A stretch of 64,000 nt of DNA, taken from Ancylonema sp. (lineage: Eukaryota). The stretch covers positions 1 through 64,000 of the forward strand of contig JBFLGF010000107.1 in the NCBI GenBank assembly GCA_050230475.1, read 5' to 3'. The notes beneath the pieces were generated by a model. That model was not told the DNA's origin, made no database searches, and was given only the letters and a program-made list of their open reading frames with translations. Below are positions 1 to 12,500 of the stretch, piece after piece. The translations under genes and the position numbers were made by a program. The stretch's first letter is position 1; the number at the start of each line of letters is the position of its first letter.

Positions 1-270
1 TACCCAAACCATGACTATGCACACATTGTACCAGACAATGAACCGCAACTTCGGAACCAGGCTATCTCCATGACCCATGCACTATTATTTGAAACGGATT
101 ATCAATCTACCACGGTTACAGATGATAATGTCATTTCTCAAACTCAGGTTAACAATCCTACCACAGAGATTAAACCTATTTCGTGGAAGATAAGCAATAA
201 CTTGACAGAGGAACAAAAACTACAAGTCATCGAACTACTCGAGGAAAATAGAGATGTCTTCATAACCACA
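1..270 (+). mobile_element. Ty3/gypsy fragment (region just upstream of RT)
   Basis: ISNNLTEEQKLQVIELLEENRDVF (~190-262) matches, in DNA, the pre-RT segment of the minus-strand pol at ~6650-6720 (aacaatctcacggaggaacaaaaactccaagttattgac...); opposite orientation, runs off the window edge. Confidence 0.7.
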
Positions 271-289
271 ACTTCCGAGCTTTCCTCCT

Positions 290-695
290 CTTTAGACTGG
301 AGAGCTTCCAGACTTGTGACCAACTCGAGTGGTGACGATGACGACCAAGATCATATGGAAGACGGTCATGAATGGTATCCAGATGATGCCACCCCTCTCA
401 ATCCTCTTGGCCTGGCCGATAACCCCCCTGAAACTTATGTCGATGACCCAGAATCTGACACTCCGCCTATGCGTCGATCTGCACGAGAAAATAGAGGTGT
501 CCACTCCAACATATTTGCTATTGCTATTGTTGCAAAATTAGAGGTTGAGTTCAAAACGTCAGAAATTGTGCAAGAAGCTCTCAATGGTCCAGAGAAATCT
601 TGGCGGCAGGCTGCAATGGCAGCTGAAATGGGAAGCCTGCAAGAAAACGAGGTTCACAGACTTGTACCAAGGCCGAAGGGAAATAATTTTGTAAT
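290..695 (+). mobile_element. Ty1/copia fragment (integrase-RT linker and RT start)
   Basis: RRSARENRG...EALNGPEKSWRQAAMAAEMGSLQENEVHRLVPRPKG fits the copia pattern RRS.R...EAL..P..W..AM..E..SL..N.TW.LVP.P.G; truncated against the gypsy unit at ~695. Confidence 0.75.
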
Positions 696-699
696 CTTG

Positions 700-2220
700 T
701 AATCTTGATATCCATCAGATGAGTATTCTGGTTTAGAATACAAACCATTTCTGGCAATATTGAATTCAAATGCGGTGAGTATATCATCGTCCTCAGAAGA
801 ATGTAATAAAGCAAGATTGGGTTCCTGCATGAAAGTATCTACTAAAGTATATGTCTCTCCTGTCGACATGTATTGGCATTGAATACTTGCAGCATGTGGT
901 ATACTATATCGAACTAGTATCGATGCTTTCTTGTGTCCTCCGAGGTCCCACTCCACCCGGTAGTGAAATTATTGTCATTGATTCCTCCGATGGGTGCGAG
1001 GAATGTGCTGCCAAGAAATACGTCGAATTTGTCAGATGGTGAGAGATGTAGTTTGGTCTGTACATAAGTCTGGTTATTTCCTTCTCCGATTGTAACGGTA
1101 AATTTCTTTTTGGTTGTGCCCAAAGATTGTTGACTTTTTCCTTCAGTAGTAATGTATTCAATTCCCTGATCCAAGTCGGTTGATGTATGGCCCAATTGTT
1201 TGGTAAACCTTGACCCGATCATGACATTCTCTGCTCTTGAATCATAGATGAGAACTGTTGGAGGTTCCCCTCCAATGGTGATGATCCCTTTGGAATTGTC
1301 AGTTGTTGGTACATGCCAATTGGTTGTCAATCGTGCGTCACATGGTATTACTGGTGATTTGTTTGTTATCATCAGAATTGTCATCATCTTGCACCAAATA
1401 GAGCAGGTGTTGGTTTTGACATGGGTGCCTGTGGTGGATATGTATGAGGTGGTGGTACATCTTCATGTGGTGAATTCAGTAGTAAATTTTTGCGATGAGG
1501 ACAATTTGACATACTGTGTCCTTTTTGTCCACAAAATAAGCATTGTACCTCTCGCATGGTAGTATCGTAATGGTGGTTGTGGTCCTGGTCCCGATAGTCG
1601 TATTCTGGTAGTGTCGTACTTCTGGTTGGGAGAAGTACACAGTCTGTCTCGTGGCCTGAAGTTATGCTCACCTCGTTGTTGTTGGTAGGTGTAGCACTCC
1701 AATTGAACGATGTCGATGTGCTCATTCGTTCGATGATTGTCTGCACTCCTCGTTCCAACTGGGTGTCATAATTGTGGATGGTGAGATCTGGTGTAGTTTC
1801 GTCCATCGGCATCGCTGAGTAGGAGACTGCGTTGATTTCAGCAGTAGCGGTGTTCATGATGTCGTCGATGTTTCGTGTGACCATGTTGTCTTTCCATTGT
1901 TGCTTAGCTGTGTGCAGCTGTACTGCGAAATGATTTGGGAACACCTGCTCCCACTCCTGTAGTCGATACTTGCGTAGAATTTGAACATGATCCATGATTG
2001 TTTCCTGTACCTTTGGTGCAAAGGCCTGCATGACCGTATTGTGGGTCTCAATATGTTCCGCTATCTGTCCAAGTCTGAAGTATCGGAAGTCGGAACTGAT
2101 GTTGGTTGCTTTCTGAATCATGTCTTTCTGGTAGAATAAATCATTGAATTTGGATTCTGCTACCGAAGCTTGTTGCTAGAGAAGTGTATTACTCGTTGCT
2201 TGGTTGACAGCGCTGATCAT
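700..2220 (-). pseudogene. Ty3/gypsy gag-like ORF with CCHC zinc knuckle plus aspartic protease, disrupted
   Basis: ATG at 2220, in-frame TAG at 2176-2178, then ORF 1384-2121 with CLFCGQKGHSMSNC. A frameshift leads to 914-1387 with LIYDSRAEN (decayed DSGA) and on to 654-956. Collinear with the copy at 23045-24500. Confidence 0.85.
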
Positions 2221-2309
2221 TGAAGCAACCAGTTATAAAAAATAAAAAAATGGCAGTAAAACGACTTTCTGAGGTGATAAGTCATCCGCTGGTCTCATAG
2301 AATTTGGGT

Positions 2310-3473
2310 TGCAGATTGAGTCTCTACTGAGAACTAGGTGTTACGCTAATTCTATCACACTTTCTCGTGCGTGAATGTGTGAAACACTACTTGACGCCGA
2401 GGGCGAGTCGACAATTACTATCAACAATAGAAAGTCTGGAAAGGATTATTGATGGTTAACAAAATATTCTGGTGTAAAATATTAAGGTCGACAGCCGAAA
2501 GGTAAACTTTCGAGTAGAAAGTTCGGTTGTCAAACGGTGCGTTGACAGATGGTGATTGATGGATGTGATGTGCTAGTTCAGTTAGAACGTCAGCAAGTGG
2601 TTGCGCATCGTTATCGTATTGGCTCAGTGCGAGCGACAGCAAATCAATGTAAATCGACAAAGTATTTCTGGCTGAGTAAGAGCGTCAGCAAGGTAGTAGA
2701 TGGTTATGGCTGGCTCAGTAAGAGCGTTAGCACAAAGATGTGATGGTAAACAATCAAGTTTACAGGCTGGCTTAGTAAGAGCGTCAGCGAAACACACAAG
2801 TAATGACAGGAAGTTGCGAAGGTCACTTCGGTCAACTTACAGAATTCGTCGACGATAATCGCACGAGGAATCGTAGACAAGACACAAAGATGATGGAAAG
2901 AATTGGCGTCAGCCAGGAGTTGCCGAATTCAGATAATACAGTTGACAGAATTTTTGAGAGAGAATCTTGAAATTTTCTTGACGGCGCAATCTGACAGCGG
3001 AAGCTGGCAAATCTGTACAATGAAAAATGTCTTTATGCTACGATTGTCAAATCGTTAAACTAACTAGAGTTAATCGACATGGTTAATCGACAGGTTGTAC
3101 TCTAGAAGGTTATATTTAATCTGGACGCTACAAATATAGACGTCAAATATTCTACGGCTGGATTTTATCGCCGGGATAATATCGACAAGTCAGAATTATC
3201 ATCGTCAAAGTTGCGCTAAGCGCTGAAAAGTCGACACGCAGTCTAAATTGTACGACTGCTGGATATTACACTCGGAAAATACGACACGCGTTATTTTCGA
3301 GTTTACAAAAAGTTGTTGGATTTTTTGGAGTCTTGATTCTAACTTCACACAAAATCATGAAATCTCTATATCGAATCTGGTTGCTTATAACAAGGTATTT
3401 TACTAGAGAGGTCTGGATATTGTTACAAAAGGGGTTTTACCATTAACGATCTCTAGCGTCATGACATGACAGC
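2310..3473 (-). repeat. Non-coding leader of the gypsy family (copy 1)
   Basis: Homologous to 19200-20356 and 22261-22900; shared blocks include cgcaatctgacagcggaagctggca and five GCTGGCTC-N5-GAGCGTCAGC-type repeats. Confidence 0.8.
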
Positions 3474-3677
3474 TGACGTGGTGTTTGGAGTCGGCCGCCC
3501 GTAATGATGTTCTCCGTAGTTTGACCTTTCTCTGAACTGGAATTCTCTCTTTTGATGTTCTCATAACTTCTTCTTCTCTAAGATCTGAATGTTGATCATC
3601 TCATATAGTCACAATCTCGTATCGATGAATATTGGTAATATCTCATAAAGTCACAATGTGGTATTGTGTTGCTCTCA
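3474..3677 (-). repeat. LTR-like repeat A1 (204 bp, TGA...TCA), preceded by a polypurine tract at 3678-3686
   Basis: Minus strand reads GGGGGGGAG then TGAGAGC...CCACGTCA; same length as, and very similar to, 24808-25011. Confidence 0.8.
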
Positions 3678-3719
3678 CTCCCCCCCGCAGTTGCGAAATG
3701 GTAGTGTAGGAACTGGGTC

Positions 3720-6700
3720 TTAGGAGCATCGTTCCCCTTTGTGGTCGGGACTAAACAATGCACCTTCAGGTATTGATTTGAGCCGGGGTGTGAGACAATA
3801 GATGTGGTAGCCATCATTACAGTCATCACACAAAATGAGATGTTCCTCATCGTTACGTGAACCGCATTGTCTGCAGAATGTAGGGTCAGAAATGTTGAAC
3901 ATACCTGTGTCAATCTGGTCATCTTTGATGGAGAGGCTGCATGGTGAAATATGTTTCATCTGTTCCCAGATGCGGTGTCCATCTTTGCCCTGTAACTGCA
4001 CATTTCCAGAGGGCCGGATTTGTGTAATCCGGAGGATTTGTGGATGTGTTTTGATGTCAAGTGTGCCTTTGGTTTGACGTTTCATATATACATATTGATG
4101 TTTAAGGAGACGAGGACGAGGTCGTGCCCATGCGCCACTGTGTACACGGAAGTATTGATGCCTGTCCCGTTGTTGTGCAATGGCAAGGTTGCGCATTGCG
4201 AGAGGCATGACTTCCCCAAAAAGTTTACTACGTTCTTGAATGAATTTTGGTATTTCTTTGAGTGCCTCAGGTAAGGGGTCATGTTCAGCTGCCTGTATTT
4301 GTGCCTGAAAGATAGGATGTCTTCCATACAGCAAATAGTATGGTGAATACCCGGCAGAGGCCTGTTTTGTCATGCGGTACCCCATGGCGACATAAGGTAG
4401 GTAAATGTCCCAATCCGTGCGAAGTTCTTTGGGGAGAATTTTCCTTAAAGATAGTTTCATCGTTTGAACCATGCGTTCTGCTAATCCATCAGATTGTGGG
4501 TGTTCTCGGGCTGCAGTACGATGTGTAACTCGATGTCCGACAAGTAAGTCGGTGAATGCCCCTTCAAATTTCGCGCCTTGGTCGGTGATGATTTCACCAG
4601 GGGCCCCAAAACGAGAAAGGACATGAGTGAGTAAAGCATGTACTGCTGATTTTGAAGATTTGTAAGGTAGGGCGATAAGTTCAACCCATTTGGTGAAATG
4701 TTCAATTCAGATCATAGCGTATTGGTTTAAACGTGTGCTCTCTGGCATAGGTCCACCGAAGTCAACTCCCCATCGATAGAAGAGTCCCCGAATTGGTAAT
4801 GGTTGAGTACGTCAATCAACAAAGTTTGTTTTTGCTCGAGAACATGCTGGACATTCGTTGATGACTTGAATGACATGATCACCCATCCCATGCCACCAGT
4901 AATCATGTTGTAAAGCGTGGAGCACGCGTTTAACCCCAAAATGACCGTATCGTGTGTGCATGGTATTGATCAGAGGAATTCGTTCTGGTGGTAGTGGAAC
5001 AATTTTCATGTGCCCAGAGGTAGGGATTTTGTAAACATATCTCCCCATCCACCTGTATTTGAGAGCCCGTCGGTATGTACGGTCTCTTTGTTGTGGTGTA
5101 AGTCTGGTAGGTATGTATGTGTTTTGAGAAGTGTCATTGTGGCATTATCGTCCCAAATGGTCCACTTTGACATCTTCTGGTGGTGGTGTACCTTGGTGAA
5201 AACTCAGAAAGTATGATGGTGGACTTTGACCCGTAGGTGAAGTTTGCATGTAGTAGAGCAAGGTGTTTTCTCTCCTAATGTTTCAATCTCATGGTTGTCA
5301 GTGGCTGTCTCTGGTAGTGGACAACGACTCCACCCGTGGGCATTGGAGTTTGCAACACCGGGGCGATGAAGTACTTCAAATTCATACTCCTGGAGTAGGA
5401 GTGCCCAACGCGCAAGTTTGCCGGTGAGTTTGGTTGTTGTCATGATCCATTTGAGGGGTGTATGATCGGTAATGAGGGTAAATGGTTTACCAAACAGAAA
5501 GTGACGAAAATGTTGCAACGCCCAAATTATAGCAAGACACTCCCCGTGGAAGCATGCTATAGTTCCGTTCCGCATTATATAAGCTGCGACTAGCAAATGC
5601 GACTACATATTCGGTACCATCATCATCTGTCTGACTCAAAACGGCACCTAAACCATGTGCACTCTAGTCGGTTGCTAACAAGTATGGTTTATTGGTATCT
5701 GGTTTGCGGAGCACAAGCTCTGAACATAGTGCATGCTTAAGTGCGATAAAGGCTATTTCTTGAGTCTCGTCCCAATGCCATTTGACATCCCCTTTTAGAA
5801 GTCCGTTGAGTGGGGAAGCAATCGTGGAGAAATGTGGAACGAACTTGCGGTAATAGGAAAACAACCCTAGAGCAGCACGAAGTTGACGAAGTTGATGAAT
5901 ATCTTTAGGTGTCGGCATATCCTCAATAGCTCTGGTTTTCTCATCTTGTGGTTTTCCCAGTTATGGCCTAATAAATCAATTTCATCCGCAAAGAATAAGC
6001 ACTTACGTGGATGACATTTCAACTTGAACTGCCGTAGGCGATGAAAGACTTGTCGAAGGTGTTGGAGGTGGTCCTCGAAAGTATTGCTCCAGTTGCTGAT
6101 GTCATCAATGTAGCATCGCGAGTTTTGGAGTCCTGCCAAAATGCGGTCCATGGTACATTGGAAGAATGGTGGTGCATTCTTGAGTCTATATGGTGCGATA
6201 TTCCATTCATAAAGTTGACGGTCAGCTCCCCAAAATGCAGCTTTGCATTTGTCCGTTTCAGAGATAGGGATTTGGTGGTATCCTTGTAGTAAATCCAATT
6301 TAGTAAAGATTTTCGCTTCTTTCATGTTCGAAAGATGTCCTCAATTCTTGGAAGTTGATACTTGTCTTGTTGGGTGTTGTTGTTGATAGGACGATAATCA
6401 CCACACTGGCGAAAGTCCGTTGGTTGTCCATTCTCGTTCTTCTTTCGTACCACGACGGTTGCCGAGGCGAAATTATTACTGTCACTTTTGCGGATCATGC
6501 CTAGTTCTAAGAGTTTTTGACAGTTTTCTCGAACAAAACTCCATTCGGTGTCAGAAAGACGATGGGAGTTTTGAAAGATTGGTTGAGCTTTTTGCAAAGG
6601 AATTTCCATAGGAGTATTGTTTGATGGAAGTAACTCTTCTAGAGAAAATGCAAAGACATCGCGGTTTTCCTCCAGAAGGTCAATAACTTGGAGTTTTTGT

Positions 6701-7140
6701 TCCTCCGTGAGATTGTTGGATCTGTGGAGTCGTCAAAGAAGGGAGAATCTTGGTAGACATTAAAGACACGGACGGTGGTGTGAATCGAGTTGTGATAGTT
6801 TCCATGTGTTTTGGAAAGGCCTCCATAGAGGTATGTGCTCGACCGGCGAACCTTAAAGGTGACACAAAGGCTTTGGTGATTCCTATTTTTTTCGGAGAGT
6901 AGTTTCTAGCTTCCTTCGAGAGTTTCAATTAAATCATGCTTTGCTTGTAGAGCATGGCTCCTATGATTTCCATTGATAGCCGTTCTCGCGCTAGAAAATG
7001 ACCATGTGGATGGACGTAGACAATACCACGATAGGATGTCTGTTGGACTGCAATTTTTTACAAAACTTTCTACGGAAATGCTACGGAAAGATGTTGTTGG
7101 TCGATATATTGGTGTCATAAGGTTTGGATTGTTGATTCTA
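3720..7140 (-). mobile_element. Ty3/gypsy pol (RT, RNase H, integrase, C-terminal PHD finger), frameshifted
   Basis: RT: FRQCGDYRPIN, KLDLLQGYHQI, YIDD (5867-6609). RNase H: LATD...ECLAIIWAL...TDH (5204-5918). Integrase: H...GHFG...CPAC zinc motif, WGVDF...IITDQG...GLAER DDE core (4470-5050). PHD: CRQC...CDDC...HIYC (3720-4472). RT-RH-IN order is the gypsy order. Confidence 0.95.
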
Positions 7141-8420
7141 GTTTTGGTTTGAGAGACTATGCATTAAATGCAGTGTTAACTTGCAGTCGTCGTATACAGT
7201 AAGACCATGAAATATAGCTAATGGTCACATGAACTATATGTCTCGAATCATCAACCATGTAATTCTTACGCGGCCTTGCGCACGAGGTCTAATATGTGCG
7301 TATAGTGCAATTGCACGAATGACGAACTCATGAGGAAAGGTGGCAATCAAATCATTGATCGACTTTATCTAAAACACCTTGTCGTCGGCCTTTTTTGCAT
7401 ACATCGAACGAAGCCTTTCATCTCCGCATAGGGATTTTGAGCTTTTTACCCAACACATTTGCTTGGTTTTTCCAGATTACACGAAGATTTCCTTCAAACC
7501 TCGCTCGAATCCAAGTCCATTAAATGTGGTGCAAAGACATATAATGGTGCATGGTAAAGTCATTTCATCATCAAGTGAGCTCTAGGATTATGTGGCAATA
7601 CTCAAAGCCGAACTAACCCGAGTTTGATGGCGGGATAAACTTTCGTTGATTTAAAGATGAGCCTTGGACTAATCCTAGACGTGTTGTCTGACGGTTTTCT
7701 AACGTGCGATTTTTCAATGCTCGTCGTTCATATGTTTGCCATTGAATTTTCATGTTATGGTCATGTTTTGTTAGGTAGCATTATACACTTATCAACACAA
7801 TTTTTTGATCACGGCAATGGCATTGGAAACGACGTCTTGCATTCTTAGCGCCTCATAACAGATATGACAAGCCAATCAAGGTGGGCACTGTGGATACAGA
7901 GGTTTCCGATTGAGTGGGGTCCATCCCTATTTGACCTAGGGGTGGGGGGTAGCCACCTTGATTACCCCACCCAGCCCCACCCACCCCGACTCGCTGAATT
8001 GAAAATCAGATCATTGTAGTCCCGTACATGCTCGAACTCCGTCAATACGATACTACCTAGTGATTTTAGCTCTTATTTTCACTCTTGAAAATACAACATA
8101 CATACATTTAGATTTCAAAAGTAAGGGATACGTGTGACAATCATAACTATATGTACGAGAAAGTACGTGTAGACTATTGAGTTGATAACTTGAACACGGA
8201 TCAGACATGTGCGTGTTTTGTATGGAAATTCTCAAGGCGATTGACACGTGAATGTACAATCAAGGCATTACATGTCTCACCTCCCCAACTTCTTCTTGTT
8301 GCTTCTTTCCGTAAATGGCAGTTGTAGATTTTGGAAGGGATAGCGGTTGCGGTCTATCCACTTTTTGTGTCGATGTAATGAAAAGGGCAAGTCCTCGCCA
8401 TTCGTGCGCCTGCCAAGAAG

Positions 8421-8465
8421 AGGAGGATACAAGTAGTTTTAAATTAAAACTACTTATATCCTCCT
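8421..8465. repeat. 45-bp near-perfect palindrome
   Basis: aggaggatacaagtagttttaa-a-ttaaaactacttatatcctcct: 22-bp arms, one mismatch. Confidence 0.9.
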
Positions 8466-9540
8466 ATTAAAACTTTTAATCATCAAGTGACTTGGACGCA
8501 CGATTTTGACACTTCCGACATGTAACGACACCTAGTCGATCAGATATTTACGGCAAGCAGTCATCAATTTGAACTCTTAAGACTAATGGAATTGGAAGTG
8601 TAGTGCGAAATACATGCTATTTTATCGCCCAACATTTATACGGGGAGTTAGTACTTCAAAATCGGCGCACGTGATAAATAAAGTACACGCTGCGCTACTA
8701 GCACAAATAGTACTTTTAGCACAATTTTGATTTTTGGACCGATTTGATGGGAAAACAATTTTTGAATCCCAATGTTGCAGGGGCTTTTTAGCTATGTAGG
8801 CAATGGGGAATGGCATACGTCAATCGCTCGCATTTGGTGTTTTTGGGATATGTTTAGCCACACTATTGTTCACTCGTCCACACATCACGTTATTGCCCAC
8901 CGGTTTGCGCACAACCGTTGTGTATCAAAATAGTACTAGAAATGTCGGCCATTGGTGATTCGTTCAGATATTCTCTATATTTTCTCGAGTAGTCATTGAT
9001 TGGATTGAAGCGAAATACCGGCGACTAACCAATCGCAGGGAGACTGTTTGCATATTATAGACACTGCAAAAAATATGTTTGTTTGCTTTTTTGGGATGAA
9101 TTCGCAAGCGGTGACCTTAATGACAACGTCATCTATGGCACCTTCATGTTTATTCGTGTCAAACAATCGACAAGAGTGAATACCGAGACAACGACACACT
9201 AGAGATTGTGATAGTAACTACTCACATCAATGCTAAGCAAATTTGACTGCGTGTCAAGAGTTGATATCTAAGTTGTTGCCTAAGTGACCTTGCAAAAATA
9301 TTGTCGAATTTTACACCTAAATTAACCTAGATACACGCTCACCATCATCATCATCAACAAGCATGCTAACGAGCATGCTTCTTCCAAGCGTATTCCACAT
9401 CACTTACCCAAAACTAAAGCCATCAAATGTGTCGAAATTGGAGGTGTCCAACGGATAAAGCTGAAGCACCAGTATTTTCTTTTCCCTTTTCCACATTTCT
9501 CACTTTCCATTGTACAAGCATTGTGAGTCAGCCCCGTCTT

Positions 9541-12500
9541 TCATAATTCCGTTGCCTTCCTCTTGCCCTTCTTTGCCCCCCAGAACTCTGCTAACCGCGC
9601 AACCGCTATTTGCAGGTAGTTTGGCTGCATGGTGGCGTAGCAAACTCGGAAGAAACCGGGTTCGGAATAGTGACAAGCTTGTCCTGCGACCGAAGCAAGA
9701 GCACCAGAATCGGAACTTTAATTCGGCTTCCACTTTCTGTCTGGGTTGTAACTTGATCTGGCGATGTTGACCCCAAAAATAGTGATGACGTGAGCAACAA
9801 CACGTGTGGCGGATTCTGTGAAGATACGATGGGATCTTCGCACCATCTCCAGTCCCTGAACGTTTGAAGGAAAAAGTTGTCTTTTGTTTTCTTATGTCCC
9901 TAGAATGCACCAAAAAGTAATCGATTGTGATCATCCTCGTCGGTCCTCAGACAATCGATGACATTTTACTTGATATTAAATCTGCAGGTTTCGATATTGA
10001 AAAGTGGATTTTCGGGAAGGTTGAAGGAAAGGAAGGAGGTACCACGTTACCTGGAGTGACCACACTGTTGCACGTGTCCAGAATATCTCTCCATAAAACA
10101 ATCTCTGCCTCGAAAGTCGGCTGCGCCAATGGGACCAGAAGGGAAATGAATGAGAAGATGAAGTATGAGGTATAAGGTTTAAGGTGTGAGGTATATGGGA
10201 TTCAAAGGTTATGGTTTCAAAGGTTATGGTTAAAAAAAGAAACTCCCCTTTTTGCCTTGTTGGGTGGTACAGGCATGGATGAAAGGTAATGAACAACGAG
10301 ACTTGGTTCGCTAACGTCAGAAGTATGTATGGCAAGAAACACACGTAGGACCCCCGTAGACACACAAACATCTCATCATCCTGAACTTGTACAAACAAAA
10401 AAACCACAGCCAAAAGACACCTGTCATGACTACTTCTTCTCACTCAGTATAATCAAGAAGAAAGGGGGAGGGGGGGGGGGGGAGGGGGCGAGCACCGCAC
10501 CTCTGCCAGCAGTTGTCTTAGATCCAGCCAGCAGAACATGGCCGCACAGGCCGGCATGTACGGCATACCCGCCGACTCAAACCCGTGCGTGAGTATTTCG
10601 TACGACTTCTTCAGCCTCCGGTTGTTCTCCTTCACGTACGTGTCCACAAACCGTACGTCTTCCAACATGGCCGCCAGCGCGTGCTGGGTGTCGTTGGAAA
10701 CGGCAGCAAACATGCCCATGTTGGCCCAAAACTAAAGGGGAAAGGTAGGCAGGCACCCCCACGATCAACAATCGACAATCGGCAAACAACCAACAACCGT
10801 GAAAAACAAGCAGAAATAAAAAAAACGAGCGTGAGGAACAGCAAAAACAGGTAACATTATACAGCAGAAGGCCCTTGATTGGGGGAAAACGCATCTGAGC
10901 TGCGGCTTGTTGCAGCTTCCTGTAGTTTACGTCATCACTCATCATTGTAGCAGAGGATATGTGAACAGCATGCGTGTGTGCACCCATACGTGGGCTCATC
11001 CCGTGGGCTCGTTCTGACCAAAAGGCACCACTGAAATCGTCTCATCCCACTGAAATCGTATCAACTTTCGGATTCAGTCCACCCCACTCTCCCTTCCGAT
11101 TCCCTCACTCCTCATTCCGCATTCAACATTCCCACTCCCTCCTTCCCCCCCTTCTCACCTCCAGCAGGTCTTTGTTTTTGGTGTGCAGACATCCTACCCG
11201 GAACCCGTTCATCCCAAAGTCTTTGCTCATCCCGTATGCGGTGTGCACCCTTTCTGCCACCACATCTTCCGGCAGAAGACCTTCTGCCACCGCGTGTTGC
11301 GCCACCTTGGCAATACTCACAAACTCATCCACGGACGGACTGGGGAGGAAGGGAACAGAGAGAATGGGTTTATTTTCATATATGTGGTCGGTACCCGCTT
11401 ATGTTTCAGATCAAGGAATCCAGATCCCTGATCCCTGATCCCTGATTTCTGTTTAGGGATCAAGGGCAGTCTGGGTAGTTTGTTGAAGTGCTAGGAATGA
11501 AGTGGAACAGGGGTCGGTTGCGAAGACTAGAGACTCTTAGAGGGTTACTGCTTCCCAGACGTTGGGCACCTGTTCCTATGTTTGGGCAAACATTTGGTTC
11601 TTTGTGAGTAGGATGCTCACCCGAATTTGGAGTTTGCGTAAATCTCGTCTGATAGAACGTGAAGCCCCCGTTTGACCGCCCAGATGAGCAACTCCTGGTG
11701 AAGAAGAAGCACATAAAACAGAACAAGGCAGATGTCACCCCCTGCGATCGCACAGGAAAGTAAGGAAAACTCTTTCCTCCTACCAGGGTGATAGCCGAAT
11801 GACCTTAAGAGAAAGCTCATGGTACATGATACATGATACATGATACATGATATATGATACATGGTACATAGTACATGATACATGATAAGCAAAAAAAAAA
11901 AAAAAAAAAAAAAAAACATAACTCACACAAACACAAAGACAAAAGAAGAAAGAAAGAAGAAAAAGAAGAAGAACACAAATTAGAAAGACGACAGATAGCG
12001 CTTGTACCGTTGTGCGCTGCTGACCTTCAATGTGGCTTCAGGATAGAGAGTCCCAAGAGGATTCCCAGGGTTGGTGAGGAGTAGGACCCGGGCTCGGATG
12101 CCCCGTTGCGCGCTGTCAATCACTGCTTGCTCCATCTCTTGAGCGGTGGGGATGTAGCCTTCGCTGTCGGTAGGCTGAATAGGAATAGGGATGACTTCGT
12201 TCTGTGGACACCACCGGGAAAAGTCGTCCATGTTCAAACAGTGAAGGTGAAGGAGACGACAGAGAAGCACAAGGTGCCAATGAGATTCGGGATCAGTGCA
12301 CAAAAAGAAGAGAAAGCGACTGCTGGCCCTGTTGTTCTTGCTGGCCCTGGGTTGACTACAGGAGTCGGGGTATTCCCAGGAATCCCCGATGGGGATGCCT
12401 GTCCGATTTAGATGAATCGATTGATACATGTACAATTCTTTTTTAGTCTGGTTCATTTTTTTTCCCTGTCCTGTGCAGCAGTGTGCTTGTGACCCCTGTT

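Noticed and set aside
70..702. 210-aa ORF as a real gene
   Set aside because: Chance in-frame join of a gypsy pre-RT fragment and a copia fragment.
2572..2788. CRISPR-like repeat-spacer pattern
   Set aside because: Repeats are degenerate, spacers vary from 19 to 34 nt, there are no cas genes and the context is a eukaryotic retroelement leader; reported as a hairpin array instead.
3445..3473. tRNA primer-binding site after the short LTR
   Set aside because: No TGG start in either copy and no convincing tRNA 3'-end complement by eye.
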